Origin: Lepidodermella squamata
Lineage: Eukaryota > Animalia > Gastrotricha
Assembly: GCA_047495785.1 (NCBI GenBank)
Contig: JBLDXI010000045.1
Coordinates: 620,001 to 684,000, forward strand
Length of the DNA: 64,000 nucleotides
Direction of reading: 5' to 3'
The translations under genes and the position numbers were made by a program. Numbering within the stretch: the first letter of the stretch is position 1; every line of letters starts with the position of its first letter. Below, piece by piece: positions 37,572 to 50,451 of the stretch. The notes below the pieces were generated by a model. It did no database searches. It was not told where the DNA came from and saw only the letters and a program-made list of their open reading frames with translations.

Positions 37572-38132
37572 TTTGTTGCGTTGTCGTTTTGAGGCGCCGG
37601 AAGCATCGACACACACAGGAGGATAGCGTGAGCGACGAGTTTTTCGAGTAATCGAAACTCGGAGTTGATAATAGAGCGCGCTTGAATGCGAGTCAAGTGT
37701 CTGGCGCCGACAGCCCCCCGCTTGCTGGTGACGTAAACAACGTCCGCTCGCTGTGTTTACCTTTGCTGCGCGAAGAAATTTGTAATCAATCCCCTGCTTG
37801 CGAGTGAGAAAGCGCGCACGCGGCTTATCAACATTTTAAGCTGGACATTTTTACACACACGCGACTCATCTTCAAAGCGGCAGAACCGCCGGCCCGGTCG
37901 TAAGCCGGCTCGCGCAATGTTACTTCTGCTGGTGGCATCTCAATTTCATTTCATCCATCCACCGCTATTTCGTTAAGGCGGAAATTGAAAATTAAAACAA
38001 CACCGAACGCGATTAAATAGCAAATCTTTATTGTTATTTACCAATATTTTTGATACGAACCTCAACAAGCCACCACCATCCGCGATTTTGAGCAAAATTG
38101 CACAGCTAAAATTTCAAAATTGTTATTTTCAA

Positions 38133-39163
38133 TCACTTTGCCGCGATTTTGCTGCGTTTCGCCTCGCCGCCGTCCGCTGACTCGAAAATTGCGTCAGTCG
38201 GGTCGAGCGCGTAACTGTCCTCCGGGTTGTCCAGACGTTGTTTCTGGCCGAGTTTCGTCTCGAAACGGGTCCTGTATTTCTGGCTATTCTTCATCTTCAA
38301 GAATCGTCGGTAGACAGCCGGCGAGATGTAGTTCGGGTTCTGCCACAAAATCGCGCCGCCGAAACTGCCGGCGAATATTGCGATCGGGTTGGCGGTGAAA
38401 CGCGGCCCAATTTCAGTCAGCGCCGCTTTTTCCTCATCGACAATCTGGTAGTTGCGGAACCAGATACGCGAGTCGAGAATAGACATCGAAAGAACGTGGT
38501 CGATGAACGGTTGGCTTTTAGGGTGGTGATTCGGGGTATTGAAAACTTGCGACAACAACTCGCGAATTATACGCCAGTGCGGTTCTGTTTCAAATTCTCG
38601 ACCAAAGGCCAAAATAGGGCGAGATCCTTTCAAGCAATTACCGGTCATCCGAAGCTCTCTCAAAGTGTGGACTGAAATGAAAAAAAATTAAGCCAGATTT
38701 TTAATAAAAAAAATCAATTTTTTTTACCATTTTCAATGCTGAATTTCACAGATGGACCGTTCGGAGTTGCAGCTACCCACATGTAGGCGTCGGTGTGCTT
38801 TTTCATTTCAAAGTAAACGCAGGTTTGGCAATTACGCATTTCGCAGATCTCGTTGATCGACTCGAGTTTTTCCTTTTTCTCAAGTTTAGTCTCAGATTTT
38901 GAATGAGGCAACATTGTGCGAATGTCGCCCATCAGATGCCGCAGGCGGAAGGTGACACCCCGCGATGAGAAGACTAGAACGCGGTGTCGGTTGGTCCATT
39001 TCTCCTTACGGATTGGTGGAAGGTCACTGGGTAAAGCTTTCGGACCATCGTCATCCGAATCGATTTCTGCCTTGGTCTCAACCTCACTTTCTTCCTCCTT
39101 CACTTCTTGCTTGGCTTTGGCTTTAGCGATCGGTCGCTTCTTATTCGGTCGCTGTTTAGTCAT
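38133..39163 (-). CDS. BRIX1: Ribosome biogenesis protein BRX1 homolog (exons 39163-38728, 38671-38133; 324 aa)
   Basis: KWTNRHRVLVFSSRG, LPHSK, PNGPSVKF..EN|VHTLRELRMTGNCLKGSRPIL, HHPKSQPFIDHV, IWFRNYQI, EIGPRF. Confidence 0.95.
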
Positions 39164-39237
39164 TTTATTAGTAAACGAAGGCTCTAAGATGAAGAATGAC
39201 ATTAATAATGAAATAAATTTGCAAAATAACTCAGGTA

Positions 39238-39471
39238 TCAAACAGTACGAAAATAATATCTCTTCAGAGAGGGACGCCACATGTGTAGAATCATGTAATT
39301 TTTGTTGCAAAAAGGACACTCCTCGGAATCATCTGTTACTACACCGAATCCGCTGAGATGCTTTCCAGCAAAATTATTCGCGAATTTCTTCGCCTTCGAT
39401 GCGACAGGCCTCTCACTCGACAAATCTTCAGATTCTTTGTCTTTATCTTCATCTTTTTTCGAACTTTCCAT
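39238..39471 (-). CDS. Possible 77-aa orphan small protein between TPR and BRIX1
   Basis: ATG 6 nt after an acceptor (tcgtag), upstream donor CAG|GTAAGC at 39574, charged N-terminus and a CPFC motif. No homology recognised. Confidence 0.35.
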   Translation of the reverse strand: MESSKKDEDKDKESEDLSSERPVASKAKKFANNFAGKHLSGFGVVTDDSEECPFCNKNYMILHMWRPSLKRYYFRTV

Positions 39472-39846
39472 ATACAGCTACGAAAAAATATATTCATTTT
39501 TACGAATGACTTCAAGACTTGGCCAAACAGGAAAAATGGTTCAATTTCCAGTACATTCAAACCCATAAGCTTACCTGTTCCAGCAGATCTGATCGATTTC
39601 AACAAATATAAAAATCTAAACGACAAAAACGATTGTTTTTATAAGTAGAAAACGCCTATTTTTAATGCGACGGCTTGAAAGCTTTGTGTTCACCAATGTC
39701 ATGAGCAATAATATTTTCAGCCGCACAAAACAAACAGATATTAGGTATCGTACAATTTATAACAATAGTAGAACTACAATGAAAGAGTTTCAAATCGTAC
39801 GTCACGAACAAAAAACACAGGTATTATTGATTCAAACCGGGAGATT

Positions 39847-42800
39847 CTACAGTCCGCGTCGGGGCCCACCACGCGAACCTCGAGGGAACGGAGCGGCTCC
39901 AAAACCGCGCGCCCGTCCGCTCGGGAAACCGGGCCGAGGCATGCGCTGAGGCGAGTTCTGCTGCGCGGCCGGTAGACCTTGGCCCAATCCACTCGGGTCC
40001 TGCGGTTGTTGAATTGGGGCATTCGCATGTACGGTTTGGTTTTGGAAGAACAAATTCGGCGCATTTGCCCGAACATTCAGCCGACGCCCACTCGGCCCAG
40101 CGGGAGCCGCAGTAGCCGGCGAGCCGTCCCAGACGATCGGTTCGATCCTAGGTCGCGATTGCGCCTGCGATTGGCTAGACGACGATGCCTGAGACTGCGA
40201 GGTTGTCGGCTGAGATTGCTGACCGGATTGTTGTTGTTGTTGCTGCTGTTGCTGCTGCTGAGTCAAACCACCGCCAAAGGTCCACGGGACTGATTGCTGG
40301 TCCCCGCCGGTCTGAGAGGAAGAGCCGAAACCAGTGTTACCGGAGAAACCAAGGGAGGACGAGCCTTCTTCTTGTTGCTGTAATCATTGATGAATAAACA
40401 TAGAGCAAATTACTTCCAGTCACCCAAATTCTTATAAATTGAAATCTAGCGGGTCCCCGAGCTAAACATTTCAATGGCGTCTACACCCTCTCAAAATGAC
40501 ACTATCAATCCGGAAATGTTGCAGCGTCCCCGTTTCTATGATTCATCTACAGGAGCATACATGAAATCATTGTAACTACGAAGGCTTTAGAGTGGAACTT
40601 GAAAAAACCATGAATAGAAGTCGGTATTTGGGGTTTAGGACCGTCTCTTCTCTCGGCCAGATGATAATACCCGAAATGTCTGCAAAATTGGGCTCTAGTA
40701 CTATTGAGTTCATATTGAAGATCAGAGTGACCGAATATAATAAACTCTATTTTATTCATAGGAGTGAAGGGCGGTCTTGAGAACTCACAACAGTTTCTTC
40801 TTCCTCCTCAACGCCGCCTTCCTGACCGGCATTTTCGCCCAAGTCATCTTCGTCTTCCATTTCCGACTGGCCGATAGCACCGGAATGAAGATCGGCTCCG
40901 GTATCGGTCGCTCCCATTTCAGCGCCATGGTCATGATCACCGCTCGAACCGACAACCTGGTCACCAAATCCCATCGACTCGCCCGGCTGCGAATGACCTT
41001 GGTCACCGTGTTGCGAATACTCTTCGCCTTGATCAGCGTCCTCATCTTCGTCATCGTCACCCAGATTCGGGTTCAACTCAGAGCTAATCGTCGGAATTAT
41101 GCGTTGCTGCTGCTGCTGAGATGACTGCTGCTGCTGCTGGTCTTCACCAGTCTCATAATCGAATTGTTCATCCTCGCCAACAGCGCCTTCGCCCATTTGA
41201 TTGCTCTCGTTATCCGCAGCCAATTCGTCGCCACTCGGTTGGTTAACCGCGCCGCCCTGGTCAACATTCTCGCTCTCAACTTCAGCCTGAGCAAGCGGGG
41301 CTGTTCCAGGTCCGGACTCTAACAACAAATCGTCTTCGCTCAAATGCTCAGCCGCGGCGCTGAAAGGCTGGATGCCACTGCTAGTTTGCTGCTGCAACAT
41401 GCGGCGACGTTTGTTCGACTCACTTTCTGGGTCGAGCGCACTGGACAAGTTATCGCTAGACGACCCGACAACAGATGAGCCTTCACCCGGCGAAACCTGG
41501 GTCATTCCGAATGAAGTTTGTTGCCTGCTTCGTTTCTGGGGTTGAACAGTTCGGCCGCCTGATGACGAAGACGAGGCGGCGTTAGGGTCGATTGCCTGTT
41601 GCGGTTCGACAGTGCCAGTCGCTACACCGGGTGACAGCGGCTCTTGACCAGCGGCGATCGCAGCGACTGATTCGAGCGGGGCGCTTTCTTGCGCCACGCT
41701 TTCAGATGTCGATGGCTGGGATGAAGCGGTTTCGGTCGTGTTGCTCTGCACCCGGACGGTAGGCCAAACACGAATCGGTGGAATAGGAGCAGGAGGGGCG
41801 AGGCGACTAGGCGGGGCGTGGACATTGGTCGGAGCGACTGAGGCAGTGGGTTGAGACCGTAGACGGGGGTGGACAACAGCGGCTGGGGAAACAGCGACGG
41901 ATGACGCAGAATTACCAGCCCCGGTTTGACTGGCCCCGGAAACGTCCATCAAAGGCGAGAATTCAGCCGCAGATGGCGCAACTCCAGTTATTGGGCAGAC
42001 ATTGGTTAAACCATGATTATTGCCGCCAGCCGCCGAAGTCACGGCCACAGCTGAGCTGCTAGCCGCAGCCGAACTACCGCCCGGGGTCATCGACCCAGTT
42101 CGCAGGGCTTCACGCAGTTTGGCAGATAAATCGCGATTTTCACGCTCTAAAGCGTCGTAAAGGTCGTGAAGTTCGTTATACTGCTTCTGCAGATCATTAT
42201 ACCGCCTTTCAAGATCAGCCTTAGCCGACTTTGTCTCTTCGAACTCGTCATTTACAGCCTGATGGCGTTGCATTGCCTCGCGAAGTTCGGTCCGCGATGA
42301 GCCGAATAGCTTGTTGATATCGTTGTATTTCTTCTGAACGTCTTCCAATTGCTTCTTCAACGGGCCGATTTCAGCCTTCTCGCGCTCACCTTCAGCGATT
42401 TTGGCCTGAGCTTCTTCCAACTGAGCCTTGACCCCAGCGAGTTGAGTCTCCAAGCTCGAAATCGTCTCTTGAAGGCCTGTGGCATCTGAAGTTGAGGCAC
42501 CAGGGACGGCATTTGAAACCGGAACGCCGCCGGTTTTTTCCTTCAGCAACTTGTCAGTTTCCAAATATTGCTGCTTGTACTTCGTGGCGATCTTCCGCAG
42601 CTGTGATACGGTCTCCTTTTCTTTGTCCAGCTGAGTTTTGAAGGTGGCTGCTTCGTTTTTACTCGAATCACCAGTCGAACGCAAGACTTGATTTTCAGCC
42701 CGAACTTCGTCGATCTGCGACTTCAGGGTCGTAATTTCCTGTTCAAGCTGTCGCAGCTTCTCCAATCGTTGATTCAAATTTTGACGGAGAACGTCGCGTT

Positions 42801-45800
42801 CAGACGCCGCTTTTCGCAATTCATCGATCTCAGACCGTTTCATCTGCTCCATCATGTTTTGCACGCGTTGCCGCCACTTTTCAGCCTCATTCTGCGCAGC
42901 CTGTTTCTCGGCCTGGATCACCTCGAATTGCCGCTGGAGATCGGCAAGGCGCTGTTTAGCTTGGCCACTTTCGTGGTCTTGGCCCATCTTTTCGCGAAGA
43001 TGGCTCAGCTCAGCCGAGAGACGATCGCGCTCTTCTCGCAGCATAGCATTTGCGTCCAGGACTGAGTTCAAACTCTCGAGACGGCGTTGAACCTCCGCAG
43101 TCATCTGCTGAGTATGCTGAGCAGCCGCCGCTTGTTGGGCTTGTTTCGACGGCGATGACTCGATTTTCTTCTCAGCCTGTTTACGCTCTTCGTTCAAGGT
43201 CGCTCGCAATTCGTTAACCTCACGTTGAAGCATTGTTATCATAGTCCTGGCTCTGCTAACATCCGCCTCAGCCACGTCCAACCTCGACTGGAGCAGCGAC
43301 CGTTCGCGGCGCAGGAAAGTAACAACTTCCGAGGACGAAGCACTGAGCTGAGCGGCGTTGCTAACTTCCATCGAGCTACCATCTCCAAGAGCAACCTTTT
43401 CAAGCAGGGCATCCAATTGCTGACGGTACTGATCGGCCTCAGACCGAGCGGCTTGAGCCTGGGCTTCGATTTCGTTGATTCGATGATCAGAAGCCGACAA
43501 CCGGCTGATTATGTCGGTCTTCTCGCGTTCAAGGGCCGAGATTTTCTTCTCGGATTCCGCGAGTTTCTGCCTCGCCTGGTGAAGCTGATCCAAACTAGCG
43601 GCGTGCAACTGAACCTCGCGGTCGTATTTCGACTCGGCCTCGCCAATCGCGCCTGACCACTGCGATTTTTCAGTCAGCAAATTTTCGCGCTCAGCCGATA
43701 ATTCTTGCAAAGATTGTCGCAGTTGATTGATTTCTTCCTGCAACGAATTTTGAATGCTTTCCAGTTTTGCTACCGTTTGGTCGCGTTCTGATTCTGCGCT
43801 CAAACGAGCAGCATCCAACTGACTGCGGGTGGTTTCGAACTCGGATATTTTTTCTTCCAGTTCTTGTTTCACATCGCGTAATGAACGAGCCAGATTGTCG
43901 TTGATACTGCGCTGTTCACCCAACGCGTCTTCTAGGCTCGTCGAAAAATCGGTCAATTCGTGTTGCTTCGCCTCCTTCTGCCGTTTCTCCTCCTCGAGCA
44001 GAGTCAGTTTCCGCCGCATTTCGTCCACCTCAAGGCGTAACTCAGTGTTCGCAGCAGCCAACTGTTCAGCCTGCTGTCTTCGTTCCAAGTCTAATTGAGC
44101 CGAATTGGAATCCGGAGCTAGAGCTGAAGTAGCAGCTGTCAACGCATTCTGCGTACGTTGATGCGCTTCTTGCTCAGCAGCGAGTTGTTTCTGAACTGAG
44201 CCGAGATCGAGTTCGAGCTGCTTCACCCATTCAGTGCGACGATGTTTCTCCTCCTCGAGTTTAACACGGAGATTAACAACCTCGCGATCTAGATCGGACA
44301 CGCGATCCAAAGACCTGCGTCTATCATCGCGAGATTCTTCGGAAACGGCTCGTTTTATCGACTCCATGCTAGCGAGCAACATGGTAGTGTGCTGCTCAGC
44401 TCGCCGTAACGAATCTCGTTCAGCCGAAATCTGAACATTCGTCGACTTCAATTGGTCAATCTCACGACGAGCTGTAGTTAAATCGTTTTCTTTTAGCTTA
44501 GCTTGGTGCCGTATTGTTTCGAGCTCGGTCCTCATACTCGAAACAGTCTGCTCCAATTGCGCGCAAATTGCGTCTTGACGAATCGATTTCGCCCGGACGA
44601 CATCGACCTCACGACGAGCAGCTTCAGTCCGCTGATCAGCGAGTTGCAGGCGAGATTCGGCGGCTTGCGCGCAGGCTTTCTGCTCGGAAAGTTGCATTTT
44701 CAACGAATTCAACTGGCCTTGCAGGGTCGTTAGTTCAGCCTCGCGTTCTGCGAGTCGCTTTTTCGCAGTCGATAACTCCTCCTCGACCTTTTGAAGAGTG
44801 CGTTCTGTGACTGATTGATTCAGTGTTCGATTCGGCGAGCCGATTAAGCTGGAATTCGAAGTGACTCGCGAAATCGGGAAAGGTCTCGGCGTGGACATTG
44901 CCGCGTTCTGGAAAGAAGCATTCGACGACCCAGCGGCGGCAACCATCGATTCATTCATCGTTCGGTCACCAGCGCCCTGAAGCGACGACGGGCTCTGAGT
45001 CAACAATTTCAGCGAATCACGTTGTTGAGTGATCGCGGTCAACAATTCTTGAGTATGGCGATGAGCAGTTTGAAGTTCGTCATACTCGTTTTTCGCCTTA
45101 AGCAATTCGTCTTCGACATCTTTCAACCGCTTCGCCCGTTCGTCCTCAGCCTCCTTATCGCTAGACAATTCTCGGATTAGAACTAAGAGGCGTTCATTCT
45201 GCTGCTGCAACTCTTGAATATCACGGAATTCGACCAAGTGTTGAGAAATGAATTCGCCGCTGTTGTGGAATGAGCTAGCCCCCTCCATCGGAGCTCCTGA
45301 GCTGGATACTACCATTTCATCTTCAGGAGGGCGCCGTCCCTCGGCGATTTCAACACGGAGCAGCAAGGATTGAACTTGCTTGCCAAGATCACCGCACTTC
45401 AAGCGAAGGCTAGAACGCTCACGCTCGAACGTGATCATTTTTTCGTCCCGATCTCTAATGACGCGCTGCAACCGATTGCGCTCCTTAGTCAACGAGTCGA
45501 TTTGCTCGCGGAGATTGAGGACTTCCCGTTTTGCTGATTCCAACTCGTCACGTTGGCGTTTCAGCTCTGGTCCTTTACGCTCGAGCTCCTCGGTGACCTT
45601 CGACAGAATCTCCTTCAAACCCTTCAATTCGACATCCTTTAATTGACAGGCGTCGGAGATCTCCAAAAACTTCGTGTACATCTGAGTGATTGACAAGCCT
45701 GATTTAGTCAATCGGCTCGCAATTACAGCGGCAGGTGAGAACTGCTCAACCTCACTATCGTCAATTGGCATTCCCATGCGTTTCGCCGCTGACAGTAACG

Positions 45801-46847
45801 TATTGGCATTTTCGAGCTCTTTCGCCATCGAAGCGATTTTAGCGTCCCGCTCTTGCATTGATTTCATGAAATCCGCCTTAATTTTGTCACAGTCACCCAA
45901 GACCTGCATGATCCTAGCTTCTTTTTGCTGAAGCTGAGCATCCAAGTCGTTTAACTTTGAAGTTAAATCAGCTATTTGACGGCGGTCATCCTCGGCATTA
46001 TCGCGGTAGAGACGATCACGACGTTCACTCGCCTGCAACTCAGCGGTGAAACGCTGCTCCATAGTCGCGAAATTGAGTTGGGCCTCGTGGAGTTTAGACG
46101 TCAAATCAGCGATCAATTGCTGTTGGTCTTGCTGCGATTTCGAGGTAGATAGACGAACCTGTTCGGCGATTTCGAGCTCGGACCGTTTTGAGTTAAGTTC
46201 GCTTTCCAACTGACCAATTTGCAGCGTCGTATTACGACGAAGCATATCCAACTCGGCAGTTCGAAGCTCTAATTGCTCGCTAGACCATGCGCTTTGACGA
46301 CGCAGTTGATCAACTTCGATTTCTAATTGATTCAATCGGCAATCGAGCGAAAATTTATTCGATTCCATATCGCATATCTTGCCAAGAGCTTCATTTTTCG
46401 CCAAAACAAGCGAGTCGAGTGACAAATTTAATGATCGAGTTTCCTCTGTATGAATAGACATCAGACATATTATTTTCACTCAAAGTAAACTTCAGTTTAC
46501 TCACCGTGAAGCCGATCAATCTCTTTTTGCTGAGAATTCATCACTTCCAGATATCGATTTCTTTGATCAGTCAGCTCTTCGACATTGATTCGAAAGGTTT
46601 CAAGCTGGACTTCCGCCTGCGAAAGCTCGCTGGTTTGCTGCTTGACCACATTCAACTCGAGTTCTGCAATTAACAAAAAATTGGTGAATTTCTGTACCAT
46701 TCGGCATAACATACCAGTCGAAATAAGTTTCCGGCTTGTTTCGTCGTAACCAGCTTCAATTCGTTGAATAAGCTCCAAAATATCGTTCGGAGACTCCAAT
46801 GCTGGCCCCGAAAGGCGTGTTTTGACTTGCTCAAAATACGCCTGCAT
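39847..46847 (-). CDS. TPR: Nucleoprotein TPR / Megator (nuclear basket), 4 exons; last exon 40377-39847
   Basis: Long coiled coil with TPR motifs FSPAAVIASRLTKSGLSITQMY, ISQHLVEFRDIQELQQQNERLL, AESKYDREVQLHA and FLRRER, followed by an acidic/Ser-rich tail and an RG-rich end. Confidence 0.92.
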
Positions 46848-46994
46848 ATTTAAGAACGCCTAGAATGTACAAAAAGCCATCCATTAAAAATCTTCTTTAC
46901 TGAATTTTTCAGCTCTACGAAACCATCATCATCGTAAGAAAGCACAAAATACAAAGTGAAAACGATAAGCTGACGATAAACAAGACAGAATTAG

Positions 46995-47945
46995 CTAACG
47001 GTTTTTCACAGCTGCCGAAGTAAAATTCAGCGTGGCAATAAAATATACTGTCGGCAACGGTGCCAGAAATACGGCGAATATTATTCCCGCAGGTGTGAGG
47101 GAGGATAACGTATGGACGGATGGATTCGCAGATAGAACTTCTGAGGCGGTGGCCAACAAGGCACCGGCTGTTAGAATCCAGAGAACGGGTAAAGTTAGAT
47201 AGCTTCGGAAATCACTCATGAGACATTTCATCAGAGCGATTGGGCTAGGCTGACTCGTGTTCAACGGAACAAATGCCGATATAAACACAGCAGTTGCTAT
47301 GTGACATATGAATAGGAGAATGTAGTTGTAGCTGTAATACAGCAAGCCCGAAAATACAGGATATAGTGGTGTAACAACAAGCATCATGTACAAAAAAGAA
47401 CGGAATGGCTTCGAAGACACGCCCAGAAACTTTCTTAGCAGGGGTCGAAAGATGATTGAAAATCCTACGGACAGCGCGTATACTGTCAATACAAAACTAA
47501 CCAGTGGATACACGACTTCATGAGTGCAATGAATAGTCGACGTGAATTTGACGAGAGGATTATAAAACAGCGAATAAAAATCAGAGATTCGCTGAGGTTC
47601 GCAGAATTGCAATAAGAAATTATTGCCATCTCGAGCAAAAATTGCCAACGAGCATAAAATGGCCATAACGTATTCCGCAACGACGGTAGTGATATACACA
47701 ATAAATTTCCACGTCGGGTGAGTGTGATATTTATATGCCAAGAGTGAGCTGATGATAAGCGGTATTGATGTGGTAGATACTAGAAACAGTGCAGCGTATC
47801 CAGTAAGACCGCTCAAGCAAAGTTCGCACGTCGAGTTTGCACTTGGTCGATAGCCAGGTGGGCAAGGTCCGCAATCAGAAAAAGACCCATTTGCGTATCG
47901 CAATCTCCCGCAATAATCACCATAACAGGTTCTCGTCATAACCAT
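46995..47945 (-). CDS. JKAMP: JNK1/MAPK8-associated membrane protein (single exon, about 316 aa)
   Basis: CYGDYCGR..CGPCPPG..CELC and SDFYSLFYNP..TIHCTHEVVYPL, followed by multiple transmembrane helices. Confidence 0.9.
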   Translation of the reverse strand: MVMTRTCYGDYCGRLRYANGSFSDCGPCPPGYRPSANSTCELCLSGLTGYAALFLVSTTSIPLIISSLLAYKYHTHPTWKFIVYITTVVAEYVMAILCSLAIFARDGNNFLLQFCEPQRISDFYSLFYNPLVKFTSTIHCTHEVVYPLVSFVLTVYALSVGFSIIFRPLLRKFLGVSSKPFRSFLYMMLVVTPLYPVFSGLLYYSYNYILLFICHIATAVFISAFVPLNTSQPSPIALMKCLMSDFRSYLTLPVLWILTAGALLATASEVLSANPSVHTLSSLTPAGIIFAVFLAPLPTVYFIATLNFTSAAVKNR

Positions 47946-48584
47946 CTCATTCGCGAATAAAAATCTAAAAAACGCGACATCTGTTACTTGCCGGCATGAA
48001 GTTATGACTAAAGGACATGTATTATAAAAAATACCGCTGTTTGCTCGCCGTTTTTTACTGGCAAATGGGGCGATCAACAAAACGAAAAATTAGTATCATA
48101 ACCAAAATTAGAAAGATTTCGAAAGAAATCAACTACAATGATTCTATCAACGATGAATGATCTTATAGTATGATCCGCACCTATAACCTCAGTGACCTAG
48201 AGATTATTTAAAATAATGCAAAGAAAGGGTAAATAAGCGAGTCGGTGTATTTCCTACGATTGCGCTGAAGAAGCGAGGTCTCATTTATGACAAGGCTAGG
48301 GGCTATGCGTATTTTTGCAATTTGAAGTTACGGACATCGCAAATTGGGGCATAATTCGGACGGGGCTTTATAACTGGCGAGTTAAGATAAACGAGGACAG
48401 TCTAACCAGAAGATCCTCAGCCAACATGGGTCTTCCGAACGAAAACCCACAAGAGCAAAATTACCGCCAAAAAAGTGGAGCCGGCACCAGATGCATCCAT
48501 TCAGCCTTCTCAGTTTTTAAACACAATTTTGTTGGTAGGAAGAAGGTTTATAAATCAAATTAAAACAAAACATAAAAAATAATT

Positions 48585-48598
48585 GTTGTCATAGCAAC
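48585..48598 (+). promoter_or_regulatory. X-box (RFX site) GTTGTCATAGCAAC
   Basis: Fits the GTHNYY-AT-RRNAAC consensus, 130 nt upstream of the LRR gene ATG at 48728. Confidence 0.7.
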
Positions 48599-48727
48599 GT
48601 CCACCTTTTTCGAATCTCTCCAGGCCTGAGTCGAGCTACTTTTTCGACTTTGTGATGAAATCTTCTTGATCAAAGTGCTGCTGCATTTTTCTTCAAATGG
48701 GCGTTCTAACGCTTTAAACGCTTTAAA

Positions 48728-50451
48728 ATGCCCAAGTCAGGAAAGAAAGCGAAAAGATCAGCCAAAGAGGATATCTACACGAAACCGCTGCTCGGTCTGC
48801 AGCGATGTTACTTTCAGGAGTTCACCAAAGCTGGCGTTGATCCGATTGAAAGCGTACGCCGGGCAATAAGAAACTGTCTAGAGGGTGAGCGAGGGCCAAC
48901 ACCTCTGGAAAAGCTCCGTCTAGAGCCCCCGAGTCCCCCAAAAGTAAAACCTCCTAAAGACGATGAAGAAATCATTGAGAAACCGCCTCCGATGACCGGG
49001 GTAGCAGTTTCTGCCTGTTTACCTCCTCTCTGCAATGCTATTCAAATGCAAACATTTACAATGATTAAAGAAATTCATTTTTGGGGATTTCCTTTGTCAC
49101 TGCATTCGGCCACAAAGCTTGCAGATACACTAGCAGCAATGAAATACCCTGTTCATAGCCTCGAGTTCATGGACTGTGACTTATGTCCGGAATCTATCAA
49201 TCGCATTGCAGTTTCGCTCGTTCACTGCGAGCTGCTCAAGTCAGTGTCGTTCGACTACAACGTGTTAGTTTCGGTGATTTATGTTGAGGTACATAAATAA
49301 TTGCACGAAATCGTGTTATCAGTTTAGACTACGAGGGCTTATTCAACCTCCTGCAATCGCTACTTGATTGTCGAAAGTTGACTGAAATTAGCCTGTGTTA
49401 CTGCGATCTCAACCAAAAGTGCGGCAGGTTACTGGGAAGATTTGCCGCGTCATCCATAGTTCGTAATTTGTTTCTCGACGGCAATGATCTTGGATTGGAA
49501 GGTACCTATATAGTAGCCTTTCAGTAGTTCTTATGATTCATCTTTTATATTCCATCCAGGGGTGATAGATTTTTTCGGCGAATTAATGGAGGAATTCAAT
49601 AAAATAGATGCACAATTAGAAGCCATCGCAGCAGCAGAGGCGGCAGCAGCAGCAGCTGCCGTCGCGACCTTGGTTTGAAAAAAATAGTACCTGATTTTTC
49701 ATCAATTCTAACTTTTTTATCCAAATCAACCAGGACATCGATGGAGGAATGATAAATACAGGAGATATATCTGTAACACAAACAGCAGTCACTCCAGCTG
49801 CCCAAGACGACGTAATGCCTGCTGTAAGTTTCTTCTGTACGAGTTTCTTTGCTTGACGTACCTATTGTTTTGGACTTCACAGACCCCGAAAAAGAAGAAA
49901 AAGAAGAAAAGGCGCAGTCGTTCCAGGAAAAAGAAATTGGAGGATGTGATACCTCCTCCGGGACCTTGGATGCGCAAATTACATTTGGCTGACACTTTCG
50001 GTGGCTTTTTGCAAATCGAACATTACAATGTCACGGAAAAATCAAGTCCCGATAGCGTCATGTCTTCTCAAGCTCTTGATTGCATGCGTTTAGCAAAAAT
50101 GATCGGCAAATTTATCACCAAGTGTGCCGAACTGGAGGAACTTGACTTTTACAATGACTGTAAGTCACCTGCTCTGATTGTAGATATCGATTGCATTTTT
50201 CATTGCATTCAGGGCTGGGAAATGGCGGTGCTGCTGTCTTGTTGGAAGCGTTGCAAAAGCGAGAGGCAGCTGAATTACCTCGAATGGGGATGAGGTAACC
50301 AGTAGCAGATAATTTAATGATGAAGTTATGACTGATCGATTTTTGCAGATTGAATCGCGGTATCGAGGGAACTTTGCTCAAAAAGCTATTCAAAATTGCC
50401 AGTGGAGTTAAAAAGAAGAAAAAACGACGGAAAAGCGCTAAGAAAAAGTAA
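48728..50451 (+). CDS. RNI-like leucine-rich repeat protein with Lys-rich tracts (about 7 exons)
   Basis: LRRs HSLEFMDC, KSVSFDYN, TEISLCYC, RNLFLDGNDLG and EELDFYND, joined by GT-AG introns. Ends with VKKKKKRRKSAKKK*. Confidence 0.75.
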
